In this document: one piece after another, positions 1 to 10,718 of the stretch | How positions within the stretch are numbered: position 1 is the first letter of the stretch | Layout of the letters: every line of letters starts with the position of its first letter | From: Candidatus Sungiibacteriota bacterium | GTDB taxonomy: Bacteria > Patescibacteriota > Minisyncoccia > Sungbacterales > JACQCQ01 | NCBI GenBank assembly: GCA_016201505.1 | Contig: JACQCQ010000009.1 | Location: forward strand, 65,991 to 129,990 | Length of the DNA: 64,000 bases | Direction: 5' to 3' | Translations under genes and position numbers: made by a program | Notes under the pieces: generated by a model | What the model saw: the letters and a program-made list of their open reading frames with translations, nothing else | The model's database searches: none | What the model was told of the DNA's origin: nothing

Positions 1-278
1 TTCCATAAGTGCGCTCCTTTCTGAACCCCGGATATTACTTCTGCTTCTTCTTGCCGGAGCCGGCGCCGATCGCCATCTGGCGATTCTCCCCAGCTCGCCG
101 CACTCGGTTCGCGAGGTAGCGCTGCTTCCGAGCCCGCTCGATGGCGAGCCGGGCATTCTCGGCATTTTTCTGTGATCTCTTCAAATGCTGTAGTATGGCA
201 AGTAATAAATAAGTGCCTTACCTAAGCCAATAAATGAGCATTTTAGCTTAATCCTGATTTAGCCTTATAAGACTAACC

Positions 279-308
279 CAAATCGCCCCGCTCCTGCGGG
301 GCGATTTG
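279..308 (-). terminator. Hairpin downstream of hppA, probable intrinsic terminator
   Basis: 13-bp perfect stem CAAATCGCCCCGC/GCGGGGCGATTTG about 20 nt after the hppA stop. Confidence 0.55.
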
Positions 309-330
309 CAATCCTGTTCTGGTTTTAGGT

Positions 331-2328
331 TTATAAAACGCGAACGAGCAGCAAAGCGACGATATTTACTATTTTTATCATCGGGTTAATCGCGGGGCCG
401 GCGGTATCTTTGTAGGGATCGCCCACGGTGTCGCCGGTAACCGCCGCCTGATGGGCCGGAGATTTTTTGCCGCCGTAATTGCCTTCTTCAATATATTTTT
501 TGGCGTTGTCCCAGGCGGCTCCGCCGGCGGTCATGGAAAGCGCCACAAAGAGTCCTGTCAACAGCGTCCCCACTAATATTCCGCCAATAATCTCGGCGGC
601 GTGCCCTCTAAAAATGAGAAGCGCCAACACCGGCACCACCACCGGAATTAACGCCGGAATAATCATCTCGCGAATGGCGGATTTGGTTACAATATCAACC
701 GCGCGCGCATAATTCGGTTTGGCAGTGCCCTCTAAAATACCTTTAATTTCACGGAATTGAGCCCGTACTTCTTCAACAACTTGGCCTGCGGCTTTGCCCA
801 CGGCGCGCATGGCGATTGAAGCAAAAAGATAGGGCATCATGCCGCCAACAAAAAGACCCGCTAATATGTAAGGATTCGAAAGATCAAAGGTGACAAGTTT
901 TCCCGCGATTTTTAGTTCCTCGGTATATGAAGCAAATAAAACCAGCGCCGCCAGTCCGGCCGAAGCGATGGCGTAGCCCTTGGTAATGGCCTTTGTGGTA
1001 TTTCCCACGGCGTCTAACGGATCAGTTACGGCGCGGACTTCTTCAGAGAGTCCCGCCATCTCGGCGATGCCGCCGGCGTTATCGGTGATCGGCCCGAATG
1101 AATCAATGGCGACAATAATTCCGGCGAGCGAAAGCATAGAAACCGCTGCGGTTGCGATTCCGTAAAGGCCAAAAAGCCAGTAAGCCGAGATCATGCCGGC
1201 TGAAATGGCGAGCGCCGGAATCGCGGTCGCCTCCATCGACATGGCCAGGCCCATGATCATGTTTGTCGCATGTCCCGTGGTTGAGGCGCGCGCGATATTT
1301 CTCACCGGCCGGAATTTTTTTGAAGTATAGTATTCGGTTGCGAGCATCATGACGGTGGTAACCAAAAATCCAATGATGCCGGACCAGAAGACATGCATAC
1401 TATCCGGTCCTTGGAAGAATTTGGTCGTCAACGGATAAAGAAAAATGGCAGAAATTATGGCTGAAGCTATGAGTCCTTTATATAAACCGCCCATGATCGA
1501 GCCGCCATCGCGGACGCGAACAAAGAAGTTTCCAATGATTGAGCCGACGATCGCGAGAGACCCAATCATCAGGGGAAACAAAACCATTTTTTCATTGCCG
1601 GGGAAGATGAGCGAGCCGAGTAACATAGCGGCGATAGTTGTTACGGCATAGGTTTCAAATAAATCGGCCGCCATGCCCGCCACGTCGCCCACATTGTCGC
1701 CGACGTTATCCGCAATCACCGCCGGATTTCTGGGGTCGTCTTCCGGAATGCCGGATTCGATTTTTCCGACAAGATCCGCGCCGACGTCAGCGCCTTTCGT
1801 AAATATCCCGCCGCCAAGCCGCGCAAAAATAGAAATTAAGGAGCCGCCAAATCCCAGTCCGATAAGTGCCGTTAGATCACTCGTAAAAAAATAAAAAATG
1901 GAGACGGCAAGTAGGGCGAGCCCCACCACCAAAAATCCCGTGACTGATCCGCCCCGATAGGCGACGCTGAAGGCTTTGGAAAGGCCGGACTTTGCGGCCT
2001 CGGCGGTGCGCGAGTTCGTATCGACCGCCGTCATCATGCCCGAATATCCGGCCAGTGCGGAGGCCACCGCGCCGATTAAAAATCCGATGGCCGTGGTTTT
2101 CCCCAGTAAAAACCAAATAATGACGGCAATCAAAACGGCGACCCAGGCGACCGTGGTATTCTGCCTTCGTAAATAGGCACGCGATCCCTCCTTAATCGCA
2201 TTTGAAATTTCAATCATCTTCGCCTCGCCTTTGGAATACTTTGAGAGCGAGTACATGGTGTAGAGCGCAAATGCCACCGAAATGAGGGCCGCGACAATCG
2301 GCGTAAAAATGGAGATTGATGAAATCAT
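331..2328 (-). CDS. hppA: Membrane-bound pyrophosphatase, K+-independent H+-translocating type
   Basis: Motifs [29 protein letters not shown] and [10 protein letters not shown]; GNTTKA has the Lys that marks K+-independent H+-PPases. Confidence 0.95.
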   Translation of the reverse strand: MISSISIFTPIVAALISVAFALYTMYSLSKYSKGEAKMIEISNAIKEGSRAYLRRQNTTVAWVAVLIAVIIWFLLGKTTAIGFLIGAVASALAGYSGMMTAVDTNSRTAEAAKSGLSKAFSVAYRGGSVTGFLVVGLALLAVSIFYFFTSDLTALIGLGFGGSLISIFARLGGGIFTKGADVGADLVGKIESGIPEDDPRNPAVIADNVGDNVGDVAGMAADLFETYAVTTIAAMLLGSLIFPGNEKMVLFPLMIGSLAIVGSIIGNFFVRVRDGGSIMGGLYKGLIASAIISAIFLYPLTTKFFQGPDSMHVFWSGIIGFLVTTVMMLATEYYTSKKFRPVRNIARASTTGHATNMIMGLAMSMEATAIPALAISAGMISAYWLFGLYGIATAAVSMLSLAGIIVAIDSFGPITDNAGGIAEMAGLSEEVRAVTDPLDAVGNTTKAITKGYAIASAGLAALVLFASYTEELKIAGKLVTFDLSNPYILAGLFVGGMMPYLFASIAMRAVGKAAGQVVEEVRAQFREIKGILEGTAKPNYARAVDIVTKSAIREMIIPALIPVVVPVLALLIFRGHAAEIIGGILVGTLLTGLFVALSMTAGGAAWDNAKKYIEEGNYGGKKSPAHQAAVTGDTVGDPYKDTAGPAINPMIKIVNIVALLLVRVL

Positions 2329-2384
2329 GTTGGTTAGGGATTAGGAAATAGGAAATGGGTAATAGGGAATGGGTAATAGAACGG

Positions 2385-3797
2385 TTACTCGGTTTTTGCT
2401 TTTTTGGCTCGTGGTTTTCTCGGCTTTTTCTTGACTGCCGGTTCATCAGGTTTAGTTTCTGTTCCATTTGACTCCTGCTTCATAATTCCCAGTTCTTTCG
2501 TTTCGTCTGGCTCCATCGAATTTACCACCGCTGAGTCTACTGTCCCGCTAACAACTGGCTCATCTTTATTGCCTATTGCCTTTTCCCCATTCCCCGTGTC
2601 CGGTTTATCAGACCTGACGTCGATTTTCCAGCCGGTGAGTTTGGCGGCGAGGCGCACATTCTGTCCGCCCTTGCCGATGGCGAGCGAGAGCTGATCATCG
2701 GGCACGATGGCTCGGGCTTCGCGGGTTTCCACCTGAGTTTGCACCTCGATTACTTTCGCCGGCGAGAGCGCGTGCGAAATAAAGGCCGCGGGATCCTCCG
2801 CCCATTCGATGATGTCAATTTTTTCTCCGTTTAATTCGTGAATCACAGTTGAAACGCGCACGCCTTTTTGGCCGACCATGGAACCGACCGGATCAATACC
2901 GTCCTGGTTTGAGGAGACGGCAACTTTTGACCGTGACCCAGCTTCGCGCGCGATCATTTTAATTTCAACACTGCCCGAAGCAATTTCGGGCACTTCAATT
3001 TCAAATAGTTTTTTAACCAGTCTCGGGTGAGACCGTGAGACGATAATGCCCGGCCCTTTGGGGTTTTTCTCAACCGAGATGATTAAGACCTTAATCCGCT
3101 CGCCTAAGTGATAGCGATCGATCATAACCTGCTCTTCGGCGGGGAGGAGGGCGGTGGTGCGCCCGATGTCAATAAAAATATTTCGTCCCTCGATGCGCTG
3201 AACGAGGCCGGAAATCAATTCGCCCGCATGATCTTTGTATTCGTTATACACTGCTTCACGTTCGGCCTCGCGGATTCTTTGGATGATGACTTGTTTGGCG
3301 GTTTGCGCCGCAATGCGGCCGAAATCTTCTTTGAACTCAAGCGGGAACTCGATTTCATCGCCCGGGGCGGCGTCTTTTTTAAACTCTTTGGCCTCATCGG
3401 CCATTAAATGCTTCTCCGGATTATAGCGGACTTTTCGCTCCGCGCCCGGAATCTCGGCGTCATCGTCATCGTGCAGTATGCGGCGTTCGCCTCGCCCGGC
3501 ATCGCCTAGGGCTCGTCCAGCCTCCGTCATGCGGTCGGCTCGTTCTTTCTCTTCGGCCTCGATTTCGGCATCGGATTTCAGCATCGACTGATCAACCACG
3601 ATTTTGATCTGGCGCATTATAACGTCGCCGGTCGTCGCGTTAAATGCGGCGCGAATAATCTGGCCCTTCTTGCCGTAGTCTTTTTTGTAGGCCGCGGCCA
3701 GAGCCATTTCAATGGTCTCGATAACCTTCGCCTCGGGTATGCCTTTTTCTTCGGCAATCTGCTGGATGGCTGAAGAAAATTGTTTTAGGTCGATCAT
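2385..3797 (-). CDS. nusA: Transcription termination/antitermination factor NusA
   Basis: FGRIAAQTAKQVIIQRIREAER, S1 and KH domains, LSLAIGKGGQNVRLAAKLTGW; start moved to MIDLKQF. Confidence 0.97.
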   Translation of the reverse strand: MIDLKQFSSAIQQIAEEKGIPEAKVIETIEMALAAAYKKDYGKKGQIIRAAFNATTGDVIMRQIKIVVDQSMLKSDAEIEAEEKERADRMTEAGRALGDAGRGERRILHDDDDAEIPGAERKVRYNPEKHLMADEAKEFKKDAAPGDEIEFPLEFKEDFGRIAAQTAKQVIIQRIREAEREAVYNEYKDHAGELISGLVQRIEGRNIFIDIGRTTALLPAEEQVMIDRYHLGERIKVLIISVEKNPKGPGIIVSRSHPRLVKKLFEIEVPEIASGSVEIKMIAREAGSRSKVAVSSNQDGIDPVGSMVGQKGVRVSTVIHELNGEKIDIIEWAEDPAAFISHALSPAKVIEVQTQVETREARAIVPDDQLSLAIGKGGQNVRLAAKLTGWKIDVRSDKPDTGNGEKAIGNKDEPVVSGTVDSAVVNSMEPDETKELGIMKQESNGTETKPDEPAVKKKPRKPRAKKAKTE

Positions 3798-3862
3798 GCC
3801 GGTGTTGTCTAAATTATAGAGTGAGCGTGTCGAGCGAATAGAATTTAGCTGCAACACTGAGC

Positions 3863-4163
3863 ACCCGCCCAAATTTTTTGAATTAGCGATCTTTTAATGA
3901 ATTTTGTAGGACCTTTTGTAAATAATTTCTTCCCCACCCGCTTTTAAAAAACTTTTCACGATGCATGGCGCCCTTTCGATTCCGGTGTAACTCACAATAA
4001 ATCAATTCAAGAGGCCGTCTGTTCTTTGTTGCGGGAACATGGCCTTTTTGATGTTCGATTACTCGAGCTTTCAGATCATGCGCGTACCCAACATACAGAT
4101 TTAGATCCTTTTTGCTTCGCAGAACGTAAACGCCATGCATACTTTCAAAAAATTTGGGCGGGT
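3863..4163. mobile_element. GIY-YIG gene bounded by perfect 20-bp inverted repeats
   Basis: ACCCGCCCAAATTTTTTGAA (3863-3882) and TTCAAAAAATTTGGGCGGGT (4144-4163). Confidence 0.65.
3883..4140 (-). CDS. Small GIY-YIG nuclease family protein
   Basis: VYVLRS..D..LYVG...DLKAR..EH..G....TK.RRP; start moved to MHGVY. Confidence 0.9.
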   Translation of the reverse strand: MHGVYVLRSKKDLNLYVGYAHDLKARVIEHQKGHVPATKNRRPLELIYCELHRNRKGAMHREKFFKSGWGRNYLQKVLQNSLKDR

Positions 4164-4282
4164 TTAGGTTTGGCAACTACACTTTGTTCGTCTTTCGACT
4201 CCAAACTGTAGGCCAAGCCCTTAATGAGGAAAGACCCCATCCCTGGGGTCCTCTCTGTTTGCCATTTGGCATTGCACCTTTC

Positions 4283-4310
4283 ACTATAGCACCCCGTGCC
4301 CCGCTGTCAA
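4283..4310 (-). promoter_or_regulatory. Sigma70-type promoter for the GIY-YIG/nusA transcript
   Basis: On the minus strand TTGACA-16 nt-TATAGT with a TGn extended -10, followed by a GC hairpin at ~4223-4252. Confidence 0.6.
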
Positions 4311-4665
4311 CTGCGACTCACGTCGAGTCCGGTTAATATAGAGCTAAACCCATTTCTATTCTCCCCAATGAAACACATCTCTAATTCCTGCCTGCGCTCC
4401 GTCGGCCATAGCCTTTGGCGACGTGCGACCGGCCGGCAGGCGCGCGAATAGTAGAGTATAGACATCTTTGGGGTACTTTTGGAATATCTGCGCAGGAATT
4501 TTGAGCTATTTGAGAAAGCGTTAGGGGCGGCAGATTATTTGCCTTATCTCATCCCCAATGCGTTGAGCTTTCCTATGATAGAATGAATAGTAATCGCGAA
4601 TATACGAATTTACACAAAATATACCAATATACGAATATGCGAATTCGTATATTGGTGATTGCTCC

Positions 4666-6420
4666 ATGCCTTTAATCCACGACAATCAATTAAAAGCTCT
4701 TCTAAAGGACACAAATGTGGTCTCCGCCGAGCTTTTGACTGCCGCCGAAAAGGAATCAAAGTCGAAAGGTACGCGCCTCCGCGATGTGCTGCTGCATAAC
4801 AGCATGATTAAGGAGGAGGAACTGCATCGGCTGGAGGCTTATATTTTGGGTATCCCTTATGTTGATCTCGAAAAAGAAACGATTGATCCGCAGGTTTTGA
4901 ATATCATCCCCGAGCCGATTGCCAAAAAGAACAACATCGTCGCCTATAAAAAAGCCGGGAAGGATCTGGAGGTCGCCATGCTCGATCCGGAGGATATTCA
5001 GACGATCGAGTTCATTAAAAAGAAAGCCGGGCTGCGGATTTTGCCGCGACTTACGAACGCCGTTTCTATTAAGAATGTGCTTCTGCAGTATCAAAAATCG
5101 CTGGCAGCGGAATTTTCCGAGCTGATTTCAAAAGATACGGCGGAAGCCTTGACGGTCGCGGGAGAGACGGGGAAACCGATTGATGATAAGGATTTGCAGA
5201 AAATGGCCGAAGATCTGCCGATTATTCGGATTGTCGACTCTATTATTCGGCATGCGATTTTAAGCCAAGCCTCGGATATTCACATTGAGCCGGCGGAAAA
5301 AGAAGTTATTGTGCGCTATCGGATTGACGGTATTTTGCATGACGAGATGAAATTGCCGAGAGAAACCGCAGCCGGGGTGGCGGCACGCATTAAAGTTATG
5401 GCGAACTTAAAATTAGATGAGCATCGGCTGCCACAGGACGGACGATTTAAAATCGAAACGTCTGAATATAAGTTTTCATTCCGCGTCTCGGTTCTGCCGG
5501 TTTTTGATGGTGAGAAAATTGTGGTGCGTCTATTGCCAGAAGGCGCGCATAGCCTTTCACTTGAGCAGCTCGGATTTTTTGGCGTGGGGCTGGAACGCAT
5601 CCATAAGGCGATTGTAAAACCCACCGGCATTATCTTGGCAACTGGTCCCACGGGCTCCGGCAAAACAACGACGCTCTACACTATTTTGGATATCTTAAAT
5701 CAGCCGGGCGTTAATATTTCAACCATTGAAGATCCGGTGGAGTACCGCATGCCAAGAGTCAATCAAACGCAGGTGCGCCCCGATATCGGCCTCACCTTTG
5801 CCACAGGACTCCGCTCACTGTTGCGCCAAGATCCGAATATCATTATGGTCGGCGAGATTCGCGACAACGAGACGGCAAATCTTGCGATTAACGCGGCTCT
5901 CACCGGACACCTAGTGCTTTCAACACTCCACACCAATTCCGCCGCCGGCTCGCTGCCGCGGCTGCTTGATATGAAAATTGAGCCGTTTTTAATTGCTTCC
6001 ACCGTAAACGCCATTATTGCCCAACGGCTTGTCAGAACACTGACTGAAGAAAAAGAAATGCGGGTTTTAACCTCGGCCGAAATAAACGCGCTTTCGAAGC
6101 AGGTCGATCTTGAGAAAATTCTCGACAAGCTGAAAGAAGAGAAAATTATCGATAAAAAAACGAATCTCGACTCGCAGAAGTGGGGATTTCCTAAGCCTTC
6201 GGAAAAATCGAAAGACGGCTACAAGGGGCGCATTGGTATTCATGAGGTTTTGGACATGAGTCTTGCGATTAAAGATCTTATTCTAAAAAATTCAACCTCT
6301 GATCAAATCGAAGAAGAGGCCCGAAAAGAAGGCATGCTGACCATGCTCGAAGACGGATTTATTAAAGCCGCGCAGGGAATTACGAGTGTTGAGGAAGTAT
6401 TGAGAGTTACGAGTGAATGA
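4666..6420 (+). CDS. pilB: Type IV pilus assembly ATPase (PilB/GspE family)
   Basis: GPTGSGKTTTLY Walker A, TIEDPVEY, LRQDPNIIMVGEIRD, TGHLVLSTLHTN. Confidence 0.95.
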   Translation: MPLIHDNQLKALLKDTNVVSAELLTAAEKESKSKGTRLRDVLLHNSMIKEEELHRLEAYILGIPYVDLEKETIDPQVLNIIPEPIAKKNNIVAYKKAGKDLEVAMLDPEDIQTIEFIKKKAGLRILPRLTNAVSIKNVLLQYQKSLAAEFSELISKDTAEALTVAGETGKPIDDKDLQKMAEDLPIIRIVDSIIRHAILSQASDIHIEPAEKEVIVRYRIDGILHDEMKLPRETAAGVAARIKVMANLKLDEHRLPQDGRFKIETSEYKFSFRVSVLPVFDGEKIVVRLLPEGAHSLSLEQLGFFGVGLERIHKAIVKPTGIILATGPTGSGKTTTLYTILDILNQPGVNISTIEDPVEYRMPRVNQTQVRPDIGLTFATGLRSLLRQDPNIIMVGEIRDNETANLAINAALTGHLVLSTLHTNSAAGSLPRLLDMKIEPFLIASTVNAIIAQRLVRTLTEEKEMRVLTSAEINALSKQVDLEKILDKLKEEKIIDKKTNLDSQKWGFPKPSEKSKDGYKGRIGIHEVLDMSLAIKDLILKNSTSDQIEEEARKEGMLTMLEDGFIKAAQGITSVEEVLRVTSE

Positions 6421-6501
6421 AAAATATAATTTCTAATGTCTAAATAACCTAATAAAAATAAAGTTTAGAAATTAGAAATTTAGGTTTAGAAATTTATTAT
6501 C

Positions 6502-7713
6502 ATGTTGTACCATTTCACCGCCATCGATCGCGCGGGAGCGACCATTAAGGGGGAGCGCGAGACTGAAGACGAAAAAACCTTAGCCAAAGTTCTGCGCCAG
6601 GAAGGGCTGCTACTCACTGCGGCCAAAACAGGCCGCAGATCGTTTTCCCCTTTTGCGATTTTTACGATGTCGTTTGGCGGGATATCGCTCGTCGACAAAA
6701 TGATTTTTGCTCGAAATGTAGCGGTTATGGTTGGTGCCGGACTTTCCATGACCCGAGCCTTGGAAGCCCTGGCAGAGCAGACGAAAAAGCAAAAGTTAAA
6801 AAGCATCATTCAGGACGTGCATGAAAGCATTACGAAAGGCATTAACTTTTCGCAAGCCTTGGGACCACATCAGAAAGTTTTTGGTGATTTCTTCATTCAT
6901 ATGATTGAAGCCGGCGAAGTTTCGGGAAAATTCGAAGGCTCGTTAAAGTTGCTCGCGAGACAAATGAAACGTGACCATGATCTGCGCTCCAAAGTAAAAA
7001 GCGCCATGATGTATCCGGCTATTGTCGCCTCGGTCCTCGTCTTAATCGGGATTATGATGCTGATCTTCGTGGTACCAACGCTGACCCAGACATTTAAAGA
7101 CCTGAAAGTGACGCTCCCGCCGACGACCCAATTTATTCTTTGGCTTTCGTCATTTATGCAGCAGTATGCCTTGCTGACGGGCGCTGGTTTTATCGTTTTC
7201 GCCTTTCTTTTTTATCGGGCGGTCAAGTCCCGAGCCGGCAGTTGGGTTTTTGACAGAATAATTCTCCACGTCCCCGTGATTGGGCCCTTAGTTCAAAAAA
7301 TGAACATCACACGAATGGCGAGAACGCTCGCCTCGCTTTCCTCGGCTGGTCTTTCGATCACGAAATCACTTGATATTACGGAGCGCGTTCTCGGCAATTC
7401 ACAATTCAAGGCCTCCATGCGCCAAGCCACGATCGAAATCGAAAAAGGTAAGCCCCTTGCGGTTGTCTTTAAGGAGTATCCGAAACTCTATCCGCCGATC
7501 GTGGTTGAAATGGTCGCGGTCGGCGAGGAAACCGGGACGTTGGCGCGTATGCTTGTCCGCGTTGCCCTATTCTATGAAGAAGAAGTCAACACGACCACCA
7601 AAAATCTTTCTTCCATCGTCGAGCCAGTGATGATGGTCATCATCGGCGTCATCGTCGGATTCTTTGCGATCTCCATGATCCAGCCGCTCTATTCATCGCT
7701 GTCCCAAGTTTAA
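6502..7713 (+). CDS. pilC: Type IV pilus inner-membrane platform protein (PilC/GspF family)
   Basis: Two T2SSF repeats (GEVSG, GEETG, SAMMYP, IVEP); directly after pilB. Confidence 0.93.
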   Translation: MLYHFTAIDRAGATIKGERETEDEKTLAKVLRQEGLLLTAAKTGRRSFSPFAIFTMSFGGISLVDKMIFARNVAVMVGAGLSMTRALEALAEQTKKQKLKSIIQDVHESITKGINFSQALGPHQKVFGDFFIHMIEAGEVSGKFEGSLKLLARQMKRDHDLRSKVKSAMMYPAIVASVLVLIGIMMLIFVVPTLTQTFKDLKVTLPPTTQFILWLSSFMQQYALLTGAGFIVFAFLFYRAVKSRAGSWVFDRIILHVPVIGPLVQKMNITRMARTLASLSSAGLSITKSLDITERVLGNSQFKASMRQATIEIEKGKPLAVVFKEYPKLYPPIVVEMVAVGEETGTLARMLVRVALFYEEEVNTTTKNLSSIVEPVMMVIIGVIVGFFAISMIQPLYSSLSQV

Positions 7714-7714
7714 T

Positions 7715-8830
7715 ATGCTAAATCCACTGCGCCTCGTTCATCCACTGGCTAAACGATTTCTCGACGTGCCGGTCGTCGGTCTTGATATTTCTGATCGATC
7801 GGTCAAGTTCATAAAATTCTCGGGACGCGGACGGCACCTTCGAGTAGAACAGCTGGGTATTGAATTTCTGCCGGAGGAGGTGGTGCAAAACGGAGAAATA
7901 AAAAACCCGGAAGAATTGGTGAAGGGCATCGAGGCACTCGGTATTAAGAGTTCCGGAGTTCTCCGCGAGCGGTTTGTGGTTGCGGCTCTGCCGGAGGAGA
8001 AAAGTTTTTTGCGTATCATTCAGGTGCCGTTTGTAAAATTAGAACAGATTGATTCAACCGTCCGCTGGGAGTTAGAGGGCAATATTCCCTTGCCGCCGGA
8101 AGAAGTTTATTTTGATTACGAAGTCATCCGGGGCGAAAAAGTTTCAGGCACGCATTTTGACGTTTTGATTATTGCCTTCCCTCGCGCCATTGTTGATGCC
8201 TATGTTTCGGTCATTAAGGCCGCCGGGTTAATTCCTTTAGCGTTTGAACTTGAATCCCAGTCGATCGCCCGTGCTTTAATCAATCGGCTCGATCCAGAAC
8301 AACCGAAGGTTTTTGTTGATTTCGGCGCTTCGCGGACGAGCCTCGTCTTAATCGGCAGCGGCTCGATTGCGCTGACCTCGACCATCGCGGTCTCGGGCGT
8401 TAAGCTGACCGAAGCTATAGCGAAAGCTCTGGGTGTATCGGTCCAAAAAGCTGATGAAATAAAACGAACCGTCGGACTCCGTGAAGATTTGTATGAAGGC
8501 AAGGTTTATGAGGCACTAAAACCGATGGTTGATATACTGGCTGAAGAAATTGGGAAAAATATTGAATTTTACCGTGATCATTTCGTTGAGCATCATCACG
8601 GGCAAACAGCCAGCTCGGATGTTGAGTCAGTCGTATTCACGGGGGGGGACTCGAGCCTCACGAATCTCGATGCCTATCTCGCACGAGCGCTCAAAAAACC
8701 AGTTTTGATTGCCGATTCATTCACGGCCTTAAAAGGCCTGTTAGGCGACTATCTTCCGCCGATTTCACGAAAAGATGCGCTTAAATTTACGACGGCCATT
8801 GGACTCGCACTGCGCGAGACCGATGTCTGA
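7715..8830 (+). CDS. pilM: Type IV pilus assembly protein PilM
   Basis: Actin-like motifs GLDISDRSVK, VDFGASRT, FTGGDS and C-terminal AIGLALR. Confidence 0.92.
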   Translation: MLNPLRLVHPLAKRFLDVPVVGLDISDRSVKFIKFSGRGRHLRVEQLGIEFLPEEVVQNGEIKNPEELVKGIEALGIKSSGVLRERFVVAALPEEKSFLRIIQVPFVKLEQIDSTVRWELEGNIPLPPEEVYFDYEVIRGEKVSGTHFDVLIIAFPRAIVDAYVSVIKAAGLIPLAFELESQSIARALINRLDPEQPKVFVDFGASRTSLVLIGSGSIALTSTIAVSGVKLTEAIAKALGVSVQKADEIKRTVGLREDLYEGKVYEALKPMVDILAEEIGKNIEFYRDHFVEHHHGQTASSDVESVVFTGGDSSLTNLDAYLARALKKPVLIADSFTALKGLLGDYLPPISRKDALKFTTAIGLALRETDV

Positions 8831-8934
8831 ATCCCGTTAGAGAATTCATAAGAGGCTCTAAGCAAAAATGAGTTACCTAATACATGGCGATATCAGAATT
8901 TATATGAGGTCAATAGTTAATTTTCTAACGGGAT
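8831..8934. repeat. ~104-bp element with ATCCCGTTAGA...TCTAACGGGAT terminal inverted repeats (copy 1)
   Basis: 15/16 inverted repeat; the right end supplies the pilN ATG. Confidence 0.75.
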
Positions 8935-9475
8935 GAAAACCTTTCTGCCAAATTTGCTCCCGCCGTCCGTCAAAGATGAAACTCGATTCGTCATTGTTCG
9001 CCATTTGGCAGTCCGGCTTTCGATTGTCGCCGCCTGCGGCATCATCATGTATTCGGTTTTTTTGATACCCTCCTTTTTTCTGCTCAAATTCCAGTTGGAT
9101 GAGATCCAGCGTCAAGTCGCGCTCGTCGACGCCGACCCCAAAATGAACGAAGTCTCAGCCATTAATGGGGGACTCGTATCCGCCAATGCCAGCGTTTCGG
9201 CCCTGAAGAGAGCGCTGGCCACCAGCACTTCGGTCTATACCGCCATGGGAGCGGTCGCTTCGCAGGCAACCCCAGGTATTCATGTGCAGTTTATTTCCTA
9301 TGACCGGCCGACGAGAACCATGTCGCTTGCCGCAAACGCGGCCGTCCGCCAGGACTTGCTCGCTTTTCAGTCTCGTCTCGCGGCCCTCCCCGTTGTTTTG
9401 AAAATTGATTCGCCGATTACGAACTTAGTGAAAGAGAGTAACGTCGATTTTCAGCTAAAAATTAGTTTCAAATAG
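8933..9475 (+). CDS. pilN: PilN-like pilus assembly protein
   Basis: N-terminal NLLP motif, one TM segment, position after pilM. Confidence 0.75.
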   Translation: MKTFLPNLLPPSVKDETRFVIVRHLAVRLSIVAACGIIMYSVFLIPSFFLLKFQLDEIQRQVALVDADPKMNEVSAINGGLVSANASVSALKRALATSTSVYTAMGAVASQATPGIHVQFISYDRPTRTMSLAANAAVRQDLLAFQSRLAALPVVLKIDSPITNLVKESNVDFQLKISFK

Positions 9476-9476
9476 C

Positions 9477-10043
9477 ATGCGCGGTTTAAAAGGCGCCATT
9501 ATTCAAATCATCTTGCTCATCGGAGGACTCGCCCTCTTTTGGTTTTTTGCGCCGTTTCAGATTATGAAAAACATTCACGGCTACGCCGCTGGCATTACTG
9601 CAGGACGGACTCATTTGGCTGTCGCCGGAGAAACGAGGCGCGATGCGTATATGAATAAGCAAAAATTAGACGCGCGATCAGATGATGTCAGCCGTGTTTC
9701 GGGAACCTTCTTCAGCCCGGCCTCGCCGCTTGATTTTATTGAGACATTAGAAAAGCTTGGGACTGCCACGCGGGCTAAGGTGACGATTGATCCGGTACAA
9801 GTTATTGCGCGTCCGCTTCCCGATATCCGCGTGACCATCCTTGGTGATATTCGCCAGGCTCTTGATTTTTTGCGTCTTGTTGAAAATGCTTCGAAGTTGA
9901 TGGAAATCGAGTCGCTGAACCTAAACACCTCCTCGGGTCCTTTGCTTGATTCCGGCTCCGGTGTGCTGGGCGCAAAAATTCCCGCTCGCACGAATCAAGC
10001 CGTAAACTTGATCGTCGTCGTTCGCGCCATAACAAAAAATTAA
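9477..10043 (+). CDS. pilO: PilO-like pilus assembly protein
   Basis: N-terminal TM, FL..VEN..KL..I motif, position after pilN. Confidence 0.65.
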   Translation: MRGLKGAIIQIILLIGGLALFWFFAPFQIMKNIHGYAAGITAGRTHLAVAGETRRDAYMNKQKLDARSDDVSRVSGTFFSPASPLDFIETLEKLGTATRAKVTIDPVQVIARPLPDIRVTILGDIRQALDFLRLVENASKLMEIESLNLNTSSGPLLDSGSGVLGAKIPARTNQAVNLIVVVRAITKN

Positions 10044-10044
10044 C

Positions 10045-10332
10045 ATGAAGTTCTTGCCCCATTTTTCTAAGAAAAAGTTTTCCCCGCCGCTGATTGATGT
10101 CGTGAGTTGCATACTGGTTTTGTTTCTCGCTCTCCTGATTTTCGGTTTGGGCTATGCCGCCAAACTTTATTTTTATGATTCGCGCACGGCTGCCGATATC
10201 ACCGAAACGGCCTATGCGCCCAAGATGCTCCAAGAAGCCGATCTAGATTCAGTAATTAAAGTACTTGATGCGCGCGCCGATGAGTTTGACGCCGGCATCA
10301 TAAATCCGGTTCTCGTCAACGTCTTCCGTTGA
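10045..10332 (+). CDS. Small single-TM pilus-operon protein
   Basis: Tightly coupled to pilO, one TM segment. Confidence 0.6.
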   Translation: MKFLPHFSKKKFSPPLIDVVSCILVLFLALLIFGLGYAAKLYFYDSRTAADITETAYAPKMLQEADLDSVIKVLDARADEFDAGIINPVLVNVFR

Positions 10333-10387
10333 TTTTTCCGAGAAAATCAGTAGAATTTGGATGATTGATTGGCTGATTATATTGATC

Positions 10388-10459
10388 CCCCTCGTAGTTC
10401 AATGGACAGAACGGGAGACTTCTAAGCTCTTGACCGAGGTTCGATTCCTCGCGAGGGGA
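10388..10459 (+). tRNA. tRNA-Arg(UCU)
   Basis: Acceptor stem CCCCTCG/CGAGGGG, anticodon loop CT-TCT-AA, T-arm GGTTCGATTCC. Confidence 0.9.
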
Positions 10460-10718
10460 CACTTTAGAAAAAGGCAAGCCAGAGGAAGCCGCCTCTCCGC
10501 CAACTGGTGGATCGGCGGCCAATTCGTATTGAATTTTGGGGGCAAAAACGAGTTGGCGGTTTCATTTGGGGGACGGAAAAATTTTTAATCATTTGAATTT
10601 TTGAAAAGAAGCTCATAAAGTTTCTTTTTTGTTTTTAGTATGGTATTGATTTTTGTAGCCGTCTTTGCTAGTTTATTTGTGGAACCCTAACAACCAAACA
10701 CAGAAAGGAGAGCTTTTT

